Counted from the first letter of the stretch, positions 24,782-39,160 are shown. The stretch is 64,000 nt of DNA from Octopus sinensis (GCF_006345805.1 NC_043004.1:52514001-52578000); one strand, 5' to 3'. Notes: generated by a model from the letters alone, not told the origin. Translations and numbers: made by a program.

Positions 24782-25930
24782 CCATTATTATTATTATTAT
24801 TATTATTATTTTTATTTTATTTTTATTTTTATTATTATTATTAATATTATATTATTATTATTATTATTATTATTATATTATTATTATTATTATTATTATT
24901 ATTATCATTATCATCATCATTGACTTTGCACAGCTTCTAACACTGGAGATGTATTACAGTGCCATCTGTTCACTACCAGTGAACTAAGGCTACACCCCTT
25001 ATTTTTCGATCACGATCCAGAGTATAAGAGCGGCTCTAAGAAATGCTGTTTTCCGCAAGTGCTCCACCAGGGGTCTAATAATTATTGGTACTACTACCAC
25101 ATTTTTTCATCGATCAGAGCTACTTAACCTCTCAAGCTAACCAGTCATTATTATTGTCATCCTCCTCTCCCTCCTCCTCCTCTCCTCCTGACTGTTTCTC
25201 TCCCGCAAAATTTCAGGCCTTGTGCCTAGAGTAGAAAGGATTAGATTATTCTTATTATTATCATTAACGTTTCAAATTTATTTGACAATGAAAACTACTT
25301 TATAGTGTAAATAATCACTAAGTAGTAATTATATTAATGAGTTAAAATCCTACCGACAACTCTTTATTTTATGTTGCCTTCCATAACACACCGGATGCCC
25401 TCTCTACACACGTACATACACACATACACATACATACGCACAAAATGTATGCATTAAATAAACTGGCTACATTTCAAATAATGATTAAATATTGTACAGA
25501 ATACATTTGATTCCTATTTGCATCTATTTTTATAGTAGTGCACTTAAGAATAATTTTTGAAGTGAATTTCTAATCTGCTACGCTTGGATGATACGTGTTT
25601 CAAAATCTTTGATCAGTTGACCATGATTTTCCACACAATGACCACCGTTCAATATCCACTAACATACTGGCTTAGTCCAAAAAGAATTCGTTTTTGTTTC
25701 TTGCGTTGTTAAATCAATAAAAAATATCACGTTTTATATGTCATTGTTCGTTTTCTGTGTAGACGGGTTAAAAAGCTCTCTGTAATCAGATGGACGTATC
25801 CTGTTTCAAATATATGAAACGTAATAGGGAAACAGTGCGCGGGTATATTTTACAAAAACGTTCTCGAAAACGGGTAAGGTTAGTATTATTTAAAATCTGC
25901 ATCTATTTCAGCAGTTATTTATGATGTATG

Positions 25931-26270
25931 TGAAGGCGCGTGGCTTAGTGATAAGAGTGTTCGACTCAAACGTAAGGTCGGGCGTTCAAATCCCGGTAAC
26001 TCGTTGTGTTCTTGAGCAAGACACTTTATTTCAGGTTGCTCCAGTCAACTCAGGTGACAAAAAAGAGTAGCACTTGTATTTCAAAGGGTAGGCATTGTCC
26101 CATTCTGTATCTATGTGACTCTCCCTGAGAACTACGTTAAGGCTTCGAGCGTCTCTGGAGTGCTCAGCCACTTGTACGTTTAATTTGGTGAGCGAGATCA
26201 ACAGGAACTGACGGAATGCCAGTAATGGTGTATGTAATGCATACAAACATACCGAGTGTTTACTGAGGCA
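25931..26270 (+). mobile_element. Older tRNA-derived SINE (distinct family)
   Basis: tRNA-like head ggcgcgtggcttagtgataag...gttcaaatcccgg followed by ttgagcaagacactttatttcaggttgctccagtc, a typical SINE central-domain-like motif. Confidence 0.65.
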
Positions 26271-27092
26271 AGTTGTCAGTTTTATCTTTGCAGACATACT
26301 TCTTCGTTAATTCTCAGTTGGGAGTGTTCTATTTCTGGGCAAATATCTACTATGTCAAAGTAGGGCTGTCTTAAACATAATGTCACTTACTGCTGTTATT
26401 TAACAGCCGGGACATCTGGTCGAGAAGGACTCTAATAAAAGACAAGAACAATAATGTCGTGTACCATTTCTTTATAGAGTAATGCACAATTAACTTACAT
26501 AATACATAATTTTTCTTGTTTTAAAAACTACGAAACAACATGAGGGAAATTTGGATGCTACTTCTAGCAGTTCAGATGATTCTATAACAGATCACTTTAC
26601 TTAAGTTGCTACTGGGAAATGGTACCGCTAGGCAACAAAGGTGGGTCACCTGGTAGTTACGTTGTTGAATAGGGAATCGTAAGAGCACCATTTCAATTCC
26701 TAGCAATGCTGGTGTGGTATGTTTTCTCCTTGTGCAAGGCATTTCATTTAAAATTTACACTCGAGTTTAAATTAAGATTGTGTTGCGCCTGCACTAGAAT
26801 TTTGTGTTACAGACATGTATCCATAAATCATGCAAATACACCTAAACCTTTCGCTTACAACACACAAGATGAGATTGAAGACAGTTATTTGACATTCCAT
26901 GAGAAGGGAAACCCAGCCTTGACAGTTTATTTTTTAACTGTGGTGTCATTAGCACGAATTATTAAGTTTAAGTAATGTTACGGTTGAGGTGGTTGTCTAC
27001 ACCTTCTGTGGCTATTTAATCACCCATAATGTACGACGACTTTATATCATCACATTTGTTCCAACATCTCTCAATTCATCTCTTTTTTTAAA

Positions 27093-27680
27093 GGTGGCGA
27101 GCTGGCAGAAACGTTAGCACGCCGGGCGAAATGCTTAGTGGTATTTCGTCTGCGGTTACGTTCTGAGTTCAAATTCCGCCGAGGTCGACTTTGCCTTTCA
27201 TCCTTCCGGAGTCGATTAAATAAGTACCAATTACGCACTGGGGTCGATATAATCGACTTAATCCGTATATCTGTCCTTGTTTGTCCTCTCTGTGTTTAGC
27301 CCCTTGTGGGTAGTAAAGAAATAGGTATTTCGTCTGCGGTTACGTTCTGAGTTCAAATTCAGCCGAGGTCGACTTTGCCTTTCATCTTTCCGGGGTCGAT
27401 TAAATAAGTACCAGTTACACACTGGGGTCGATATTTCGACTTAATCCGTTTGTCTGTCCTTGTTTGTCCTCTCTGTGTTTAGCCCCTTGTGGGTAGTAAA
27501 GAAATAAGTATTTCGTCTGCCGTTACGTTCTGAGTTCAAATTCCGCCGAGGACGACTTTGCCTTTCATCATTTTGAGGTCAATAAATTAAGTACTAGTTG
27601 TGAACTGGATTTGATCTAATCGACTGCTCCCCCCTCCACTAAAATTTCGGGCCTTGTGCCTAGAATAGGAAAGAATTCAT
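27093..27680 (+). mobile_element. Family B SINE with triplicated body
   Basis: One head followed by three successive gtatttcgtctgc...gagttcaaattc...gactttgcctttcatc units. Confidence 0.88.
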
Positions 27681-27929
27681 CTCTCTTTACCATGACTCAG
27701 TATGGTTTCTCACCTCTCACTCTCTCTTTCTTTTACCTCTGAGACAAAAACAAAAGACTGTATGCATATGAAAAGTACAGCAGAGAAACCTCCCGTTAGT
27801 GAAATATCTTCGATTAAATATAATCCACATCTTTCTGGTAGAAAATCGGTAGAAACTGTGAAACCTGTTAAAATTTTAAGTATATAGATACAGAAATGTT
27901 TTATTCTCAATGCATTTTCAAGTTCTATT

Positions 27930-27967
<38 letters not shown>

Positions 27968-28099
27968 TATATATATATAAAACTTATTTGGAAATGGATG
28001 CGTGGCGTTCCATCATATAAGAACAAAATAATAAATAAAACATATGTAATTATATACATACATATATATACGTACCTACATCTATATGTATATATACAT

Positions 28100-28500
28100 G
28101 CATATATGGGTACAGGTCACCAGAAAACGTCGAACACAATGAGAAACGAAAACATAAAAACAAAACCAAGGAAACGGACATTTTTTAAACAACGAAAAAA
28201 CAGAGTACAAGACATACAACACAAGGGACATTCCCCTTCTTCAGTCGCCTCTGCTTCGTCTACTCTGTGTGTCGAAGGTAAAAGTGAAACACGACTTAAT
28301 TGAAACAGTCCTTCCCGCAGAGCAAATTAAATAAAAGTTTAGATTTTTTGGGGAGGGGTAAAAGTGGTAAAACAGGACAGTAATGACAATACAAATAAAA
28401 ACAATAAAAGACAGGACAAGGAGAATAAAAAGGAGAATAACACAAACATTAAGGGCTGTTAAGCCTGAACGAAGGAAAAATTATTTTGAGCGCTTTGAAA
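28100..28500 (+). repeat. Unclassified interspersed repeat (related pieces at ~39750-39900 and ~40625-40710)
   Basis: Shared tacagg..acca..aaaacgt.gaacacaa.gagaaacgaaaac and aattaaataaaa...ggggtaaaa blocks. Confidence 0.55.
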
Positions 28501-28568
28501 ACGGCTTGAGTGCGACAGAGAAAGCCGTCTACACTCATATATATATGTATATATATGAGTATGTGTGA

Positions 28569-28633
<65 letters not shown>

Positions 28634-29420
28634 ATGAATTTGGTTCGGCATAGCCATATGTAGAATACGTTTTTAGAAACCAATGTATTTTGTTTTGGGA
28701 CAATGCACCGCATGTTTTATCATGTATAATTTATGCAAAACCACACCTGCATACAAATGCACAAATGCACACACACACACACTAAGACCTGCATACGCAT
28801 CTAAGCACACACACGCTCACACGTACGCACACATGTACCTGCACTTACAACAGTTACTTATACTTAGACATATACATAGAGGTGCTGCTTAAATGTTTAT
28901 CAACGCACATTTCTTGTCACGCGTCGATAAACAGAGAGGCAAACCTTTACCATCGCACCCAAACAAACCTAAACATACATCTTTGTCCTTATGTCCAAAA
29001 AGAAATTAGTTGCGATGTTTCTATTCATATATCCACGAATATAGAACAGTGAGAAACCATTCTCTTCGTATTGTAGATTATAATGAATGACTATAGAATA
29101 TTTCGCTGGAATATTAACCACAATCACGTTTCACTTGCTTTTATTCTATGCTAGGAGAGCAATAGAAAAATATATAGATGTCTATATAGGTACATGTGTG
29201 TGTAATGCGTGCGTGTATGTGCGCGATCGCGTGTGTGAATGTATGTATATGTGTCAGCGGCTGAGGACATGTATGTGGGTTTGTGTATTAGTAAATATAG
29301 CAAATGCCTATGTCTATGTATATACATAGTTACAGACATACAACATACATATATAGACATAATTATACACATGCATATACACATGCGTAGACAAATAATT
29401 TTTATACGTATATACATATT

Positions 29421-29479
<59 letters not shown>

Positions 29480-29880
29480 TACATATACATATACAGATAT
29501 ATATATATATATATATAGACAGATACATATACAGATATACATAGATAGATAGATACCTACATACATATATGCATACACACTACGTGTTTAGTGTTGACTA
29601 TGGAGGAAAATGAATAATTAATAATATAATGGAAATTTCTATTTATATTTTAGTCGAATCGGTCTCTTGGTACTTCCAAGTGAACGCCGGCAGGTAACAG
29701 AATCCTCAGGCAAATTAGAGGAAATATATATGTAGGATTGTATCTATCTATCTATTTATCTGTATGTCTGTCTGTCTGTCTGTCTGTTTATCTAGCTATC
29801 AATCAATCAATATGTATGTATGTATATATATATATATATATACACAATGCATATATATATATACATACACATATATACAT

Positions 29881-29921
<41 letters not shown>

Positions 29922-30344
29922 ATATATATATAATATACATACATGCATTCATACATATATATATATATATATAATATATATATATATACATACATTCATA
30001 TATATATATATATGAACGCATGTGTGGATGAATGTATATATGTATATATAATTTAATATAAACCGTAACTAAATAAGGGTCACAAAGATTTCATGTTGTG
30101 GAAAGTCAGTTTGGTAGATTTCATATCATGACTTGTGACACCAAGCAATCCTTCAATCTTAGATAGGCAACATTGGCGGTCCTGCTATTAACGGAACAAT
30201 AAACTATGTATGTATGTATGTATGTATGTATGTATGTATGTATGTATGGATGGATGGATGGATGGATGGATGGGTGGATGGATGGATGGATGGATGGATG
30301 GGTGGTTGCAAGTGTGTATGTATGTATGTGTGCATGTATACATA

Positions 30345-30652
30345 AAGAGACCGATAGAATAAGTACTGGGCTTACAAAGAATAAGTCCCGGGGTCGATTT
30401 GCTCGACTAAAGGCGGTGCTCCAGCATGGCCGCAGTCAAATGACTGAAACAAGTAAAAAAAAAAAATGTTTGTGTTTCTATATATGTGTGCGTGTGTGTG
30501 ACGGGCTTTCCCGTCTACGAAATCTACTCACAATTCTTTGGTCGGAGGAGGCTATTTTAGAAAACTTTTGCTCCAGGTGCCACGCATTGGGACTTTTTCC
30601 GGATGCATGTGGCTGGTAAGCAAACTACTTGCTACACAGCCACTCCTGCTCC
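30345..30652. mobile_element. Family A SINE fragments (3' part on +, 5' part on -)
   Basis: Similarity to the 17797 copy. Confidence 0.75.
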
Positions 30653-30763
30653 TATACAATATAAGATTATATACAAGCACACACATATGTATATATCTAC
30701 ATAATGTATTATATATTTGTATATATATATTTATATATTAACAAATACACACGCACACACGCG

Positions 30764-30798
<35 letters not shown>

Positions 30799-30850
30799 GT
30801 GTGTGTGTGAGTACGCATCTTTCTCTCGCTATATATATATATACATATAT

Positions 30851-31225
30851 TCTTTTACTCTTTTATTTGCTCTGTTATTGACTGCGGCCGTGCTGGATCA
30901 CCGCCTTTAGTCGAACGAATCGATTCCAGTACCTATTCTGTATAAGCCTAAAGCTTATTGTGTCGTACTATTTTGCCGAAACGCTAGACTACGGGGACGT
31001 AAACACACCAGCATTGGTTGTCAAGCGATGGTGAGGGACAAACACAGACATACCAACATACACACTCACATCATACACACACACGCGCGCACACACACAC
31101 ATATATATATACGACAGGCTTCTTTCAGTTTCCGTCTACGAAGGTACCCAAGTTGTCACGCAGTGGGACTCAAGCCGGAACCTTATGGTTGGTAAGCAAG
31201 CTACTTACCACGCAGTCACGCTTGT
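30851..31225 (-). mobile_element. Family A SINE (degenerate)
   Basis: Similarity to the 17797 copy. Confidence 0.8.
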
Positions 31226-31659
31226 AGCTGTATCTGTATATGTTAAAATAATAATTTACGGAAAACGCTTTGACTTTGCAAATAGGACTCCTACCCCAAT
31301 ATGCCGGTCACAGACTAATGATGCAGACTAGTCAACCAGTATTTTCGGTTTGCATATTGCTGTACCGATATAATTTAGGATAAATATAATAATGATTTCA
31401 ATTTTTAGGACAAAGACAACAAATTCAGGACGGCGATGAATCGAGTTCGTTGGCCCCAGTACTCAAGTTAACGCCCACGTAAGGATGAAAGACAAAGTTG
31501 ACCTCGAAGGCATTTGATCTCAGAACATAAGGACGGATGAAATGCCACAGAACATTTTGCGCGGTGTGGTAACGATACTGCCAACTAGACGCCTTAAATG
31601 ATGAATATAATACTAATAGCAATAATCCTCTGATGAAATTTATAAACATCTAATGCGTC

Positions 31660-32140
31660 GCTTCCCGCGTTTCCACAAAACTTAAGCCGCTCAAGCTGTT
31701 CGCAGTAGATCGCCTTTGTTATTGTTTGGTTTGGGTTTAAAAGTTCAAAGTGGACTAAACGTTTCATATCCCACCCCACACACAACACCACCTTATGTGG
31801 GTGAACACCGTCATTAGCTTGGGGTACCGGTATTTTTCCTTTTCCTACCAACTGTCTTCATTGTTTGACGTTTTTATAGAGAACCCATTTCTTGTCGCCA
31901 TTCGCTATTCAGTCCCAAAAGGGTTCATTCGTGAGACGTGACAACTAAGAATAGCACATATTCACTCACTGCTTGCGATTAGGCTCAGAAATTTTGTGAG
32001 GAATCCATTGGCCTAATTTGCTGATTTTTCCGATGGTATGCAGGTGTCGATGAATTCTACCAGGGTTTGCCAGACATACTTGTCGAGCTCAAGTTATATT
32101 CCAGTGCGGTGTTCGTCTTCTAGGCTGTAGTTTCCTGCTT
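31660..32140 (-). pseudogene. Mariner transposase fragment
   Basis: HPHKVVLCVGWDMKRLVHFELLNPNQTITKAIYCEQLERL is a mariner catalytic-domain motif. Confidence 0.75.
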
Positions 32141-33071
32141 GGAATTTATGGAGCCATCGTTCACTCTGGTTTACGCTTATTGTGTGATCCCCATATATTG
32201 CATTAATATTTCTCGCACTGTCCGTTGCGTTGTGGCCTTTATTGAACTCATAACTCAAAATATGCTAAATATACTTTTTTGCTATTTCCATTATAGTTTT
32301 GAGAATATAACTCTTAAATTCGAACTGCACCCTTCAAAACTTGCACTAAGAATAAAGACAAGACAGAATTATCACCTGTTTTTACAGTAAGTTGATGCAG
32401 TTCGTTTACCCTGTCCATCTCCGACTTTTAGTTCATGTAATTGAAAAAAACCGCATTTTTTATGGGATGACACAGGATACACATAAATCAATATCTATAA
32501 TTCTGAAATGTTTGTCTGATTTTGGCATTGGAATGGGTTAAGGGCCACTAGATCCCGTCGGATTGACTCTAAAATTTACAGGGACATGTAAAATGAGGTG
32601 TGGATGCGAGTGAGCTAAGTTAGAAATCCCTGTCTAGGTTAGAAATTCCTAAGTGTGGTTACTAGGGTGAAACACGCACACTTTGACAAGTCTCCTCACA
32701 TTCTTTTATGTATCTGTCTTCCTCCGTTTCTCTCTCTTTCCTCCCTTCCCTTCACGTTCTCTCTATAATGTCGTTTCACACCGTCTACTTCCCTTTTCTT
32801 CCCTTTCTCTCTATAACGTCGTTTTACAGCGTCCTATATCTTCCCCCGCCGCCTTTGACAGCGCTTTCACACTCTCTCTCTACGTCTGTCTGCATTCATA
32901 CAGAGAATTATCATCGCCACCACTACCACACAATCATGTAAACAAATATTATGAATCAGATATTTATTGGGTTAATTTATATATATATATGTTTGTGTAT
33001 GTGTTCTATATATAAATATGTATATATAATTCATATATACAAAGTGTATATATCTGTATTTATATATATAT

Positions 33072-33360
33072 ATCACGTGATCACGTGACCGACCAGACCA
33101 TCAGATGTTGTTACATATCACTGGTCATTAGCCTTCGAATGACGCCACCCCGCTGGCTAAGCGAGCAGGCCAACAGAAGAGAGAGTGAAAGAAAGAGTGG
33201 TGAAAGAGTACAGCAGGGATCACCAGCCCTGCCGGGGCCTTGTGGAGCTTTTAGGTGTTTTCGCTCAATAAACACTCACAACGCCCGGTCTGGGAATCGA
33301 AACCGCGATCCTCCGACCGCGAGTCCGCTGCCCTAACCACTAGGCCATTGCGCCTCCACA
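33072..33360 (-). mobile_element. tRNA-derived SINE, family C
   Basis: Minus strand head gtggaggcgcaatggcctagtggttagggcagcggactcgcgg...ggtttcgattccc. Ends in the tcacgtgatcacgtga tail. Confidence 0.88.
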
Positions 33361-33463
33361 TTTTTATATATAATATACGTATATATATATATATATTATA
33401 TATATATATATATATTATATATATATATAGTATAATATATATATATATAATATATATATATAG

Positions 33464-33660
33464 ATCTATACAATTGTTACATTACTCGGTATTCAAGATA
33501 AAACTCTGAGTTCAGATGCCGAGTGGAAATCCACAACACCATCTCTTCGGTTATCTGGCTATAGCCAGATAACCGAGAGATGGTGTTGTGGATTTCCCAC
33601 TCGCATCTGAAACTCAGAGTTTTCTCTTGACTACCGAGTAATGTAACATATTGTATAGAT
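33464..33660. repeat. Near-perfect palindrome (arms ~98 bp, loopless centre at 33561/33562), Penelope-like terminus
   Basis: Arms are reverse complements. Carries a CCGAAGA...GAAAC hammerhead-like motif. Confidence 0.85.
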
Positions 33661-33730
33661 AAATTTCCTCTATTTACATAATATTGAGGTCTCTTTCTTC
33701 TTTTTTCTTCTTATAATTACCCGTTTATCA

Positions 33731-33764
<34 letters not shown>

Positions 33765-33775
33765 TTATATATATA

Positions 33776-33816
<41 letters not shown>

Positions 33817-33870
33817 GTATTTACGGGAAAAATCAGATTAAGGATTGAATCCACTTTTATAGTAAAATAT

Positions 33871-34212
33871 TATATAATATTAATTAGAGACAAAACCACT
33901 ATTATGCAAATCAAACAAAGAAAGACTTAATCCAATACATAAAACATTTATATAAATTAAATAAAATTAAGTTATCCACTACAATTGTTTCTTGTCACTT
34001 CTAAGACATTCATCAGGTGGTTTTCAGACCTTCTATTAGAATTGAATAGAAGGTCTGAAAACCACCTGATGAATGTCCTTAGAAGTGACAAGAAACAATT
34101 GTAGTGGATAACTTAATTTTATTTAATTTATATAAATTTTTTATGTATTGGATTAAGTCTTTCTTTGTTTGATTTGCATAATAGTGGTTTTGTCTCTAAT
34201 TAATATTATATA
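33871..34212. repeat. Near-perfect palindrome (arms ~167 bp, 7-nt loop 34038-34044), Penelope-like terminus
   Basis: Arms are reverse complements. Each carries a CTGATGA...GAAAC...GTA motif. Confidence 0.88.
34061..34107 (+). ncRNA. Minimal type I hammerhead ribozyme-like motif (mirror copy on - at ~33975-34020)
   Basis: CCAC-CTGATGA-A-TGTC(loop)GACA-A-GAAAC-AATT-GTA^GTGG. Intact core with stems I-III. Confidence 0.6.
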
Positions 34213-35331
34213 TATATAATGTGTGCATTATCCATTGGCGACTCTTTTTTCCTCAAATGAAAGGCGTGACCTCTAGGATAAAATTCCTCATCTTATAAAA
34301 TGTGGCCCGAGTAGACACGAATGAAATCGGGTTATATTAACCAAAATGTGAAACGGGGTCTAAATGGGGCTGGAAGAGGATTACAATTTATAGGAGCGGG
34401 TGTTTAGGAATTATCTGTTAGATCAAGCTAAAAAATTTGCGCCAGCCTTTAAATCGTCAATGAGTTGCTGTCCATGATGAAGAAGTTTTGAATGCTTGCG
34501 ATGTTGAGTCTACTGTCGTGAGACAGAATCACTTCAAAACTTGGTGTTTAGGAATTTTCTTTTACATCAAGTTCAAAATTTTACGCCATCCGTTAAACTG
34601 CCACTACGTTGCTGTCCGTCGTTAAGAAATGCCAGCCATGGTAACTCTACTATCCTCAGATTCTATCCCTTCAAATTTTGGTTTCCAATATTTTAAAAAT
34701 TTTTATTCAGCTCGCAAGTTCGTCTGTCCCTTTTAAATGCTTGTATTTTGCTGTCTGCCTTGAAGCAGACCTTTCCGTTGTCACTGCCTGATATTTATGA
34801 TTGATCTTTCAAACTACTTTCTTTCTCAACTTACTCAAGATCTTCTGTTGTTTATAAATGGGAGACAGAGAGATAGAGAAAGATAGAGAGTAAGAGAAAG
34901 CGAAGGAGAGTCCGAGAGAAAGGAGGAGTAAGAGAGTGAGAAAGTGAGAGATAAAGGAGAGAGAAACAAAGAGGGAGAATGTGGTGATAAAAAACTGAAT
35001 GTAAGCAACTGAATATAAGCAACCACACTGTTACCCGGGCGTAGAGCGGGTCACCTTAAGCTAGTTTTATATAAACGTTAGTTTGCAATGTTTCACCAAA
35101 GAGCAGAATTATAAATGTGACTAATGTGTTAGAAAGAGAGATATTGCCGAAATAAGACCTAAAATACTCTAATGCTGTAGTCAACGTACATAACTGTAAA
35201 TGTATACAGGATAAAGGTCCCTGTTAGAGTATATGCATGCATTTATGTCCGTTGACTACAGCATTAGAGCATTTCTACTCATATATATATAGATATATGT
35301 ATATGTATATGTATATATATATGTATATATA

Positions 35332-35372
<41 letters not shown>

Positions 35373-35431
35373 CACATAAGTATGTATATATATATACATA
35401 CTTATGTGTATGTATATATATATATAATATG

Positions 35432-35476
<45 letters not shown>

Positions 35477-35654
35477 CATACACATAAGTATGTATATATA
35501 TATACCTACATATATATATATATACATATATATAATATATATATATATATATACATACACACACACACACACAAACATTATATATATATATATATATATA
35601 TATACATACACACACACACACACAAACATATATAATATATATATATATATATAT

Positions 35655-36063
35655 GGCGGCGAGCTGGCAGACACGTTAGCGCGCCGGGCGAAATGCTTCG
35701 CGGTATTTCGTCTGCGTTACGTTGTGAGTTCAAATTCCGCCGAGGTCAACTTTGCCTTTCATCCTTTCGGGGTCGATAAATTAAGTACCAGTTATGCACT
35801 GGAGTCGATGTAATCGACTTAATACCTATGTCTGTCCTTGTTTGTCCCCTCTGTGTTTAACCCCTTGTGGGTAATAAAGAAATAGGTATTTCGTCTGCCG
35901 TAACGTTCTGAGTTCAAATTCCGCCGAGGTCAACTTTGCCTTTCATCCTTTCGGGGTCGACAAATAAAGTACCAATTTCGCACTGGAGGCGATATAATCG
36001 ACTCAATCCCTTCGTCTGTCCTTGTTTGTCCCCTCTATGTTTAGCCCCTTGTGGGCAGTAAAG

Positions 36064-36068
<5 letters not shown>
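35655..36068 (+). mobile_element. Family B SINE with duplicated body
   Basis: Head plus two body units. Confidence 0.88.
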
Positions 36069-36087
<19 letters not shown>

Positions 36088-36097
<10 letters not shown>

Positions 36098-36368
36098 GTC
36101 GCTATCAGGTCGCTATATATACACAAGCACACACACTCACATACATACGCACACACACATATATGTAAACAATTTTATATAAATTATGTGTGTATGTGTA
36201 TATATATATATATATTATATATATATATATGTATTATTTCCATTTAAATTGTGTATATCATACACACATACGCATACATATATGTATATACATGAAGAAT
36301 AATACACACGCGCACACTTATACGCATATATAAATACATAGACACATACCGACACACACACATATATC

Positions 36369-36440
<72 letters not shown>

Positions 36441-36548
36441 CATACACACACATAATTTATATAAAATTATTTACATATATGTGTGGTGCGTATGTATGTG
36501 AGTGTGTGTGCTTGTGTATATATAGCGACCTGATAGTGACCTGTATAT
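36088..36548. repeat. Inverted repeat (arms ~120 bp) around a (TA)n/(CA)n spacer
   Basis: tacaggtcgctatcaggtcgctatatatacacaagc... versus ...gcttgtgtatatatagcgacctgatagtgacctgta. Confidence 0.8.
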
Positions 36549-37029
36549 ATGCTACATGCAATTAAATCTAGATGGCTAAATCTATATTTGTGAATAATGA
36601 AGCAGCGACGCCAAATGTTTCACTTATACAGTGAAGCACACAAATCCCATTACATATGTTTACGTACCTTATTCCGTGCAGAAGTATAGTCTATTAATTA
36701 TACACTGCATTTATACAGACGTGTGTGTGTGAGCGTGTATGAATGTATATACGCACCTATGCCTGTTCGAAATATTTTAGCATACATGCGTGTGTAGGAT
36801 CCATATTTACTTATGTCTGTACATATAAATATACCGACATTCATGCATACAATTCCCTTCTGTATTCATGATCATTCGTGATTGTCTGACACTGAATAAA
36901 TATAACTGTACTTCTCTATTAATAAAATAAAACTAAATGATTCACTTCAGACTTACAACAAGAAAAATAAATTAACCAAGATATATAAAATATATTAAAA
37001 TCTTTCGCTAAGAATAATGCTTTTGTAAT

Positions 37030-37166
37030 AATGATGATGATGATGATGGTGATAACAACAACAAAATAATAATAATCATAATAATAATAATAAAAAAATT
37101 AATAATAATAAAGATAATAATCATGATGATGTTGATGATGATGGTGATGATGATGATGATGATAAT

Positions 37167-37237
<71 letters not shown>

Positions 37238-37260
37238 TAATAATAATAATAATAATAATA

Positions 37261-37327
<67 letters not shown>

Positions 37328-37350
37328 TGATAATAATAATAATAATAATA
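37030..37350 (+). repeat. (AAT)n/(GAT)n compound microsatellite
   Basis: Direct inspection. Confidence 0.95.
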
Positions 37351-39160
37351 TTAGCAACAATAACGACGACGAAAACAACAATAAAATCAATAACAATATT
37401 ACTACATGAAACAATGTGTAATATATATATATATATATGTACGTATATATACATATATATGTGTATGTGTGTGTGTGTGTGTTTGTGTTAATATATACAA
37501 ATACATAAATGCATATATATATATATATATATATATAAGCGTTTATGTATTTGTATGTATATATGTATATGTTCACTTGTGCGTGCTTTTATGTTTGTGT
37601 GTGTTAGAGATAGAAATGTTATCATTAGCTTGATTCTTTGCCTTCACAGGTTTTCCTGTTAATGATGTTGCAGAGAATGACGTTATTAGCATTGAGTAGG
37701 AGTGTGCAATATAATCAGAAATATTCTACAATGCATCAGATACACGCTACATTCAATTAACCTTGGAAGATATGTCAGCCATCTTTAGAGGCAAGGACTT
37801 CTAAAATTTCTGTAGTTTTCAATGATTCTATATAATATTTTTAAAATAGTTCAACTATTAGATTCAGCTTTTTGAGCAGTTGCTAGTTTTTTTCTTCAAG
37901 TAAATATTGGTTTCAAATTTTGGCACAAAGCCAGCAGATTTTGAGGACAGGCCATCAAATCGACTGCCAATGTTGAAATGCAAAAATCTACCTCGGTGGT
38001 GGATGAACACATAACTTCATGAAAGAGAAAATGCCGCTAATTATTTTACCCGGCGTACCTACGATTCTGCCAGCACGACGCCTTTTATCAAGTAAATATT
38101 TCGTATTTGTGTTCATCTGATTCATGCTGCTATCGACTGGTTTTGGAAATATTGTTATATATCTTAGAATTATGATTGCAATAGATTGCTTCTATTTATC
38201 TCTTATGGCATCACATATCATTTATCATACGGATTGTTCTTTAATATATTGATATATTTTTATGCTAAAATTTGACATTCAATCTCAGTATAGATTTGGT
38301 ACAACTCTGTAACCATGTCAGATAAATATTTAAATAAAGCGCTTTTGCAATGGTTTCTTCGTGTTTACATATACCTAATCATATCCAATAATTTCATGAA
38401 TACACGAAGACACATTATCATGGTTGGTAAATGCTTAGTAGCATGTATACAAGGACGAGCTTTTGCAAAGAAAAAAGAATAATCGGATTTAATACTCCTA
38501 TGACAAGGTTATAATTGTAACGAAACTATTTGGAGATGAAAATTGTGCAATAAAATAGCAAGTACAATGAAATTAATGAGAAATATTAAAATATAAAGAA
38601 ACTATGGATGTCCATAGGGTAATAACGAAAACGGATTCTACTCCCTTCATTACGCGGGTTCTAAAAATAACGCATAAAGAATATAATTGAATCATTAAAG
38701 CGTTGTCTTGTCAGCGAGTAAAAGCAAATAATTCCCATCGAATATATTTTACCCTGTCCTGCTTGCATGAATTAGGGTACATATATATAAGACATAATGA
38801 TAAATTAGTAGGATTAATAATCGCCTCCAAAGCGTTGTCTAATACTGTGAGATGTACCTTATTTTAGAACAAGAAGAAAACTAGAATGTAAAAGTGAATA
38901 TGAGATATGTATCATTAATCTGTTAAGTGTAGAGATAATTCAATGAGGAAAAGCTAAGCTGTATTAAACTGTGTACCTTGACAGGGGACACGACGAGTAT
39001 TTTTGTTAAACAGGTGAATATAACTTTAACATTAATTACAATAATCCGTTTAGCTGCTGCTGAATAATAAGAGAACACCCGGAGTTGAGTTCTACCTTAC
39101 ACAGAGCATTTGGTAATGTCATATGTCGGTGTGTGTGTTTATATATATATATATATATAT

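Noticed and set aside
34399-34630. Diverged direct repeat with 144-bp period (VFRNxLLxQ...CCP in one frame) and a Helitron-like hairpin+CTAG at ~35035-35064
   Set aside because: Substitutions are mostly non-synonymous, with stops. No 5' terminus could be assigned.
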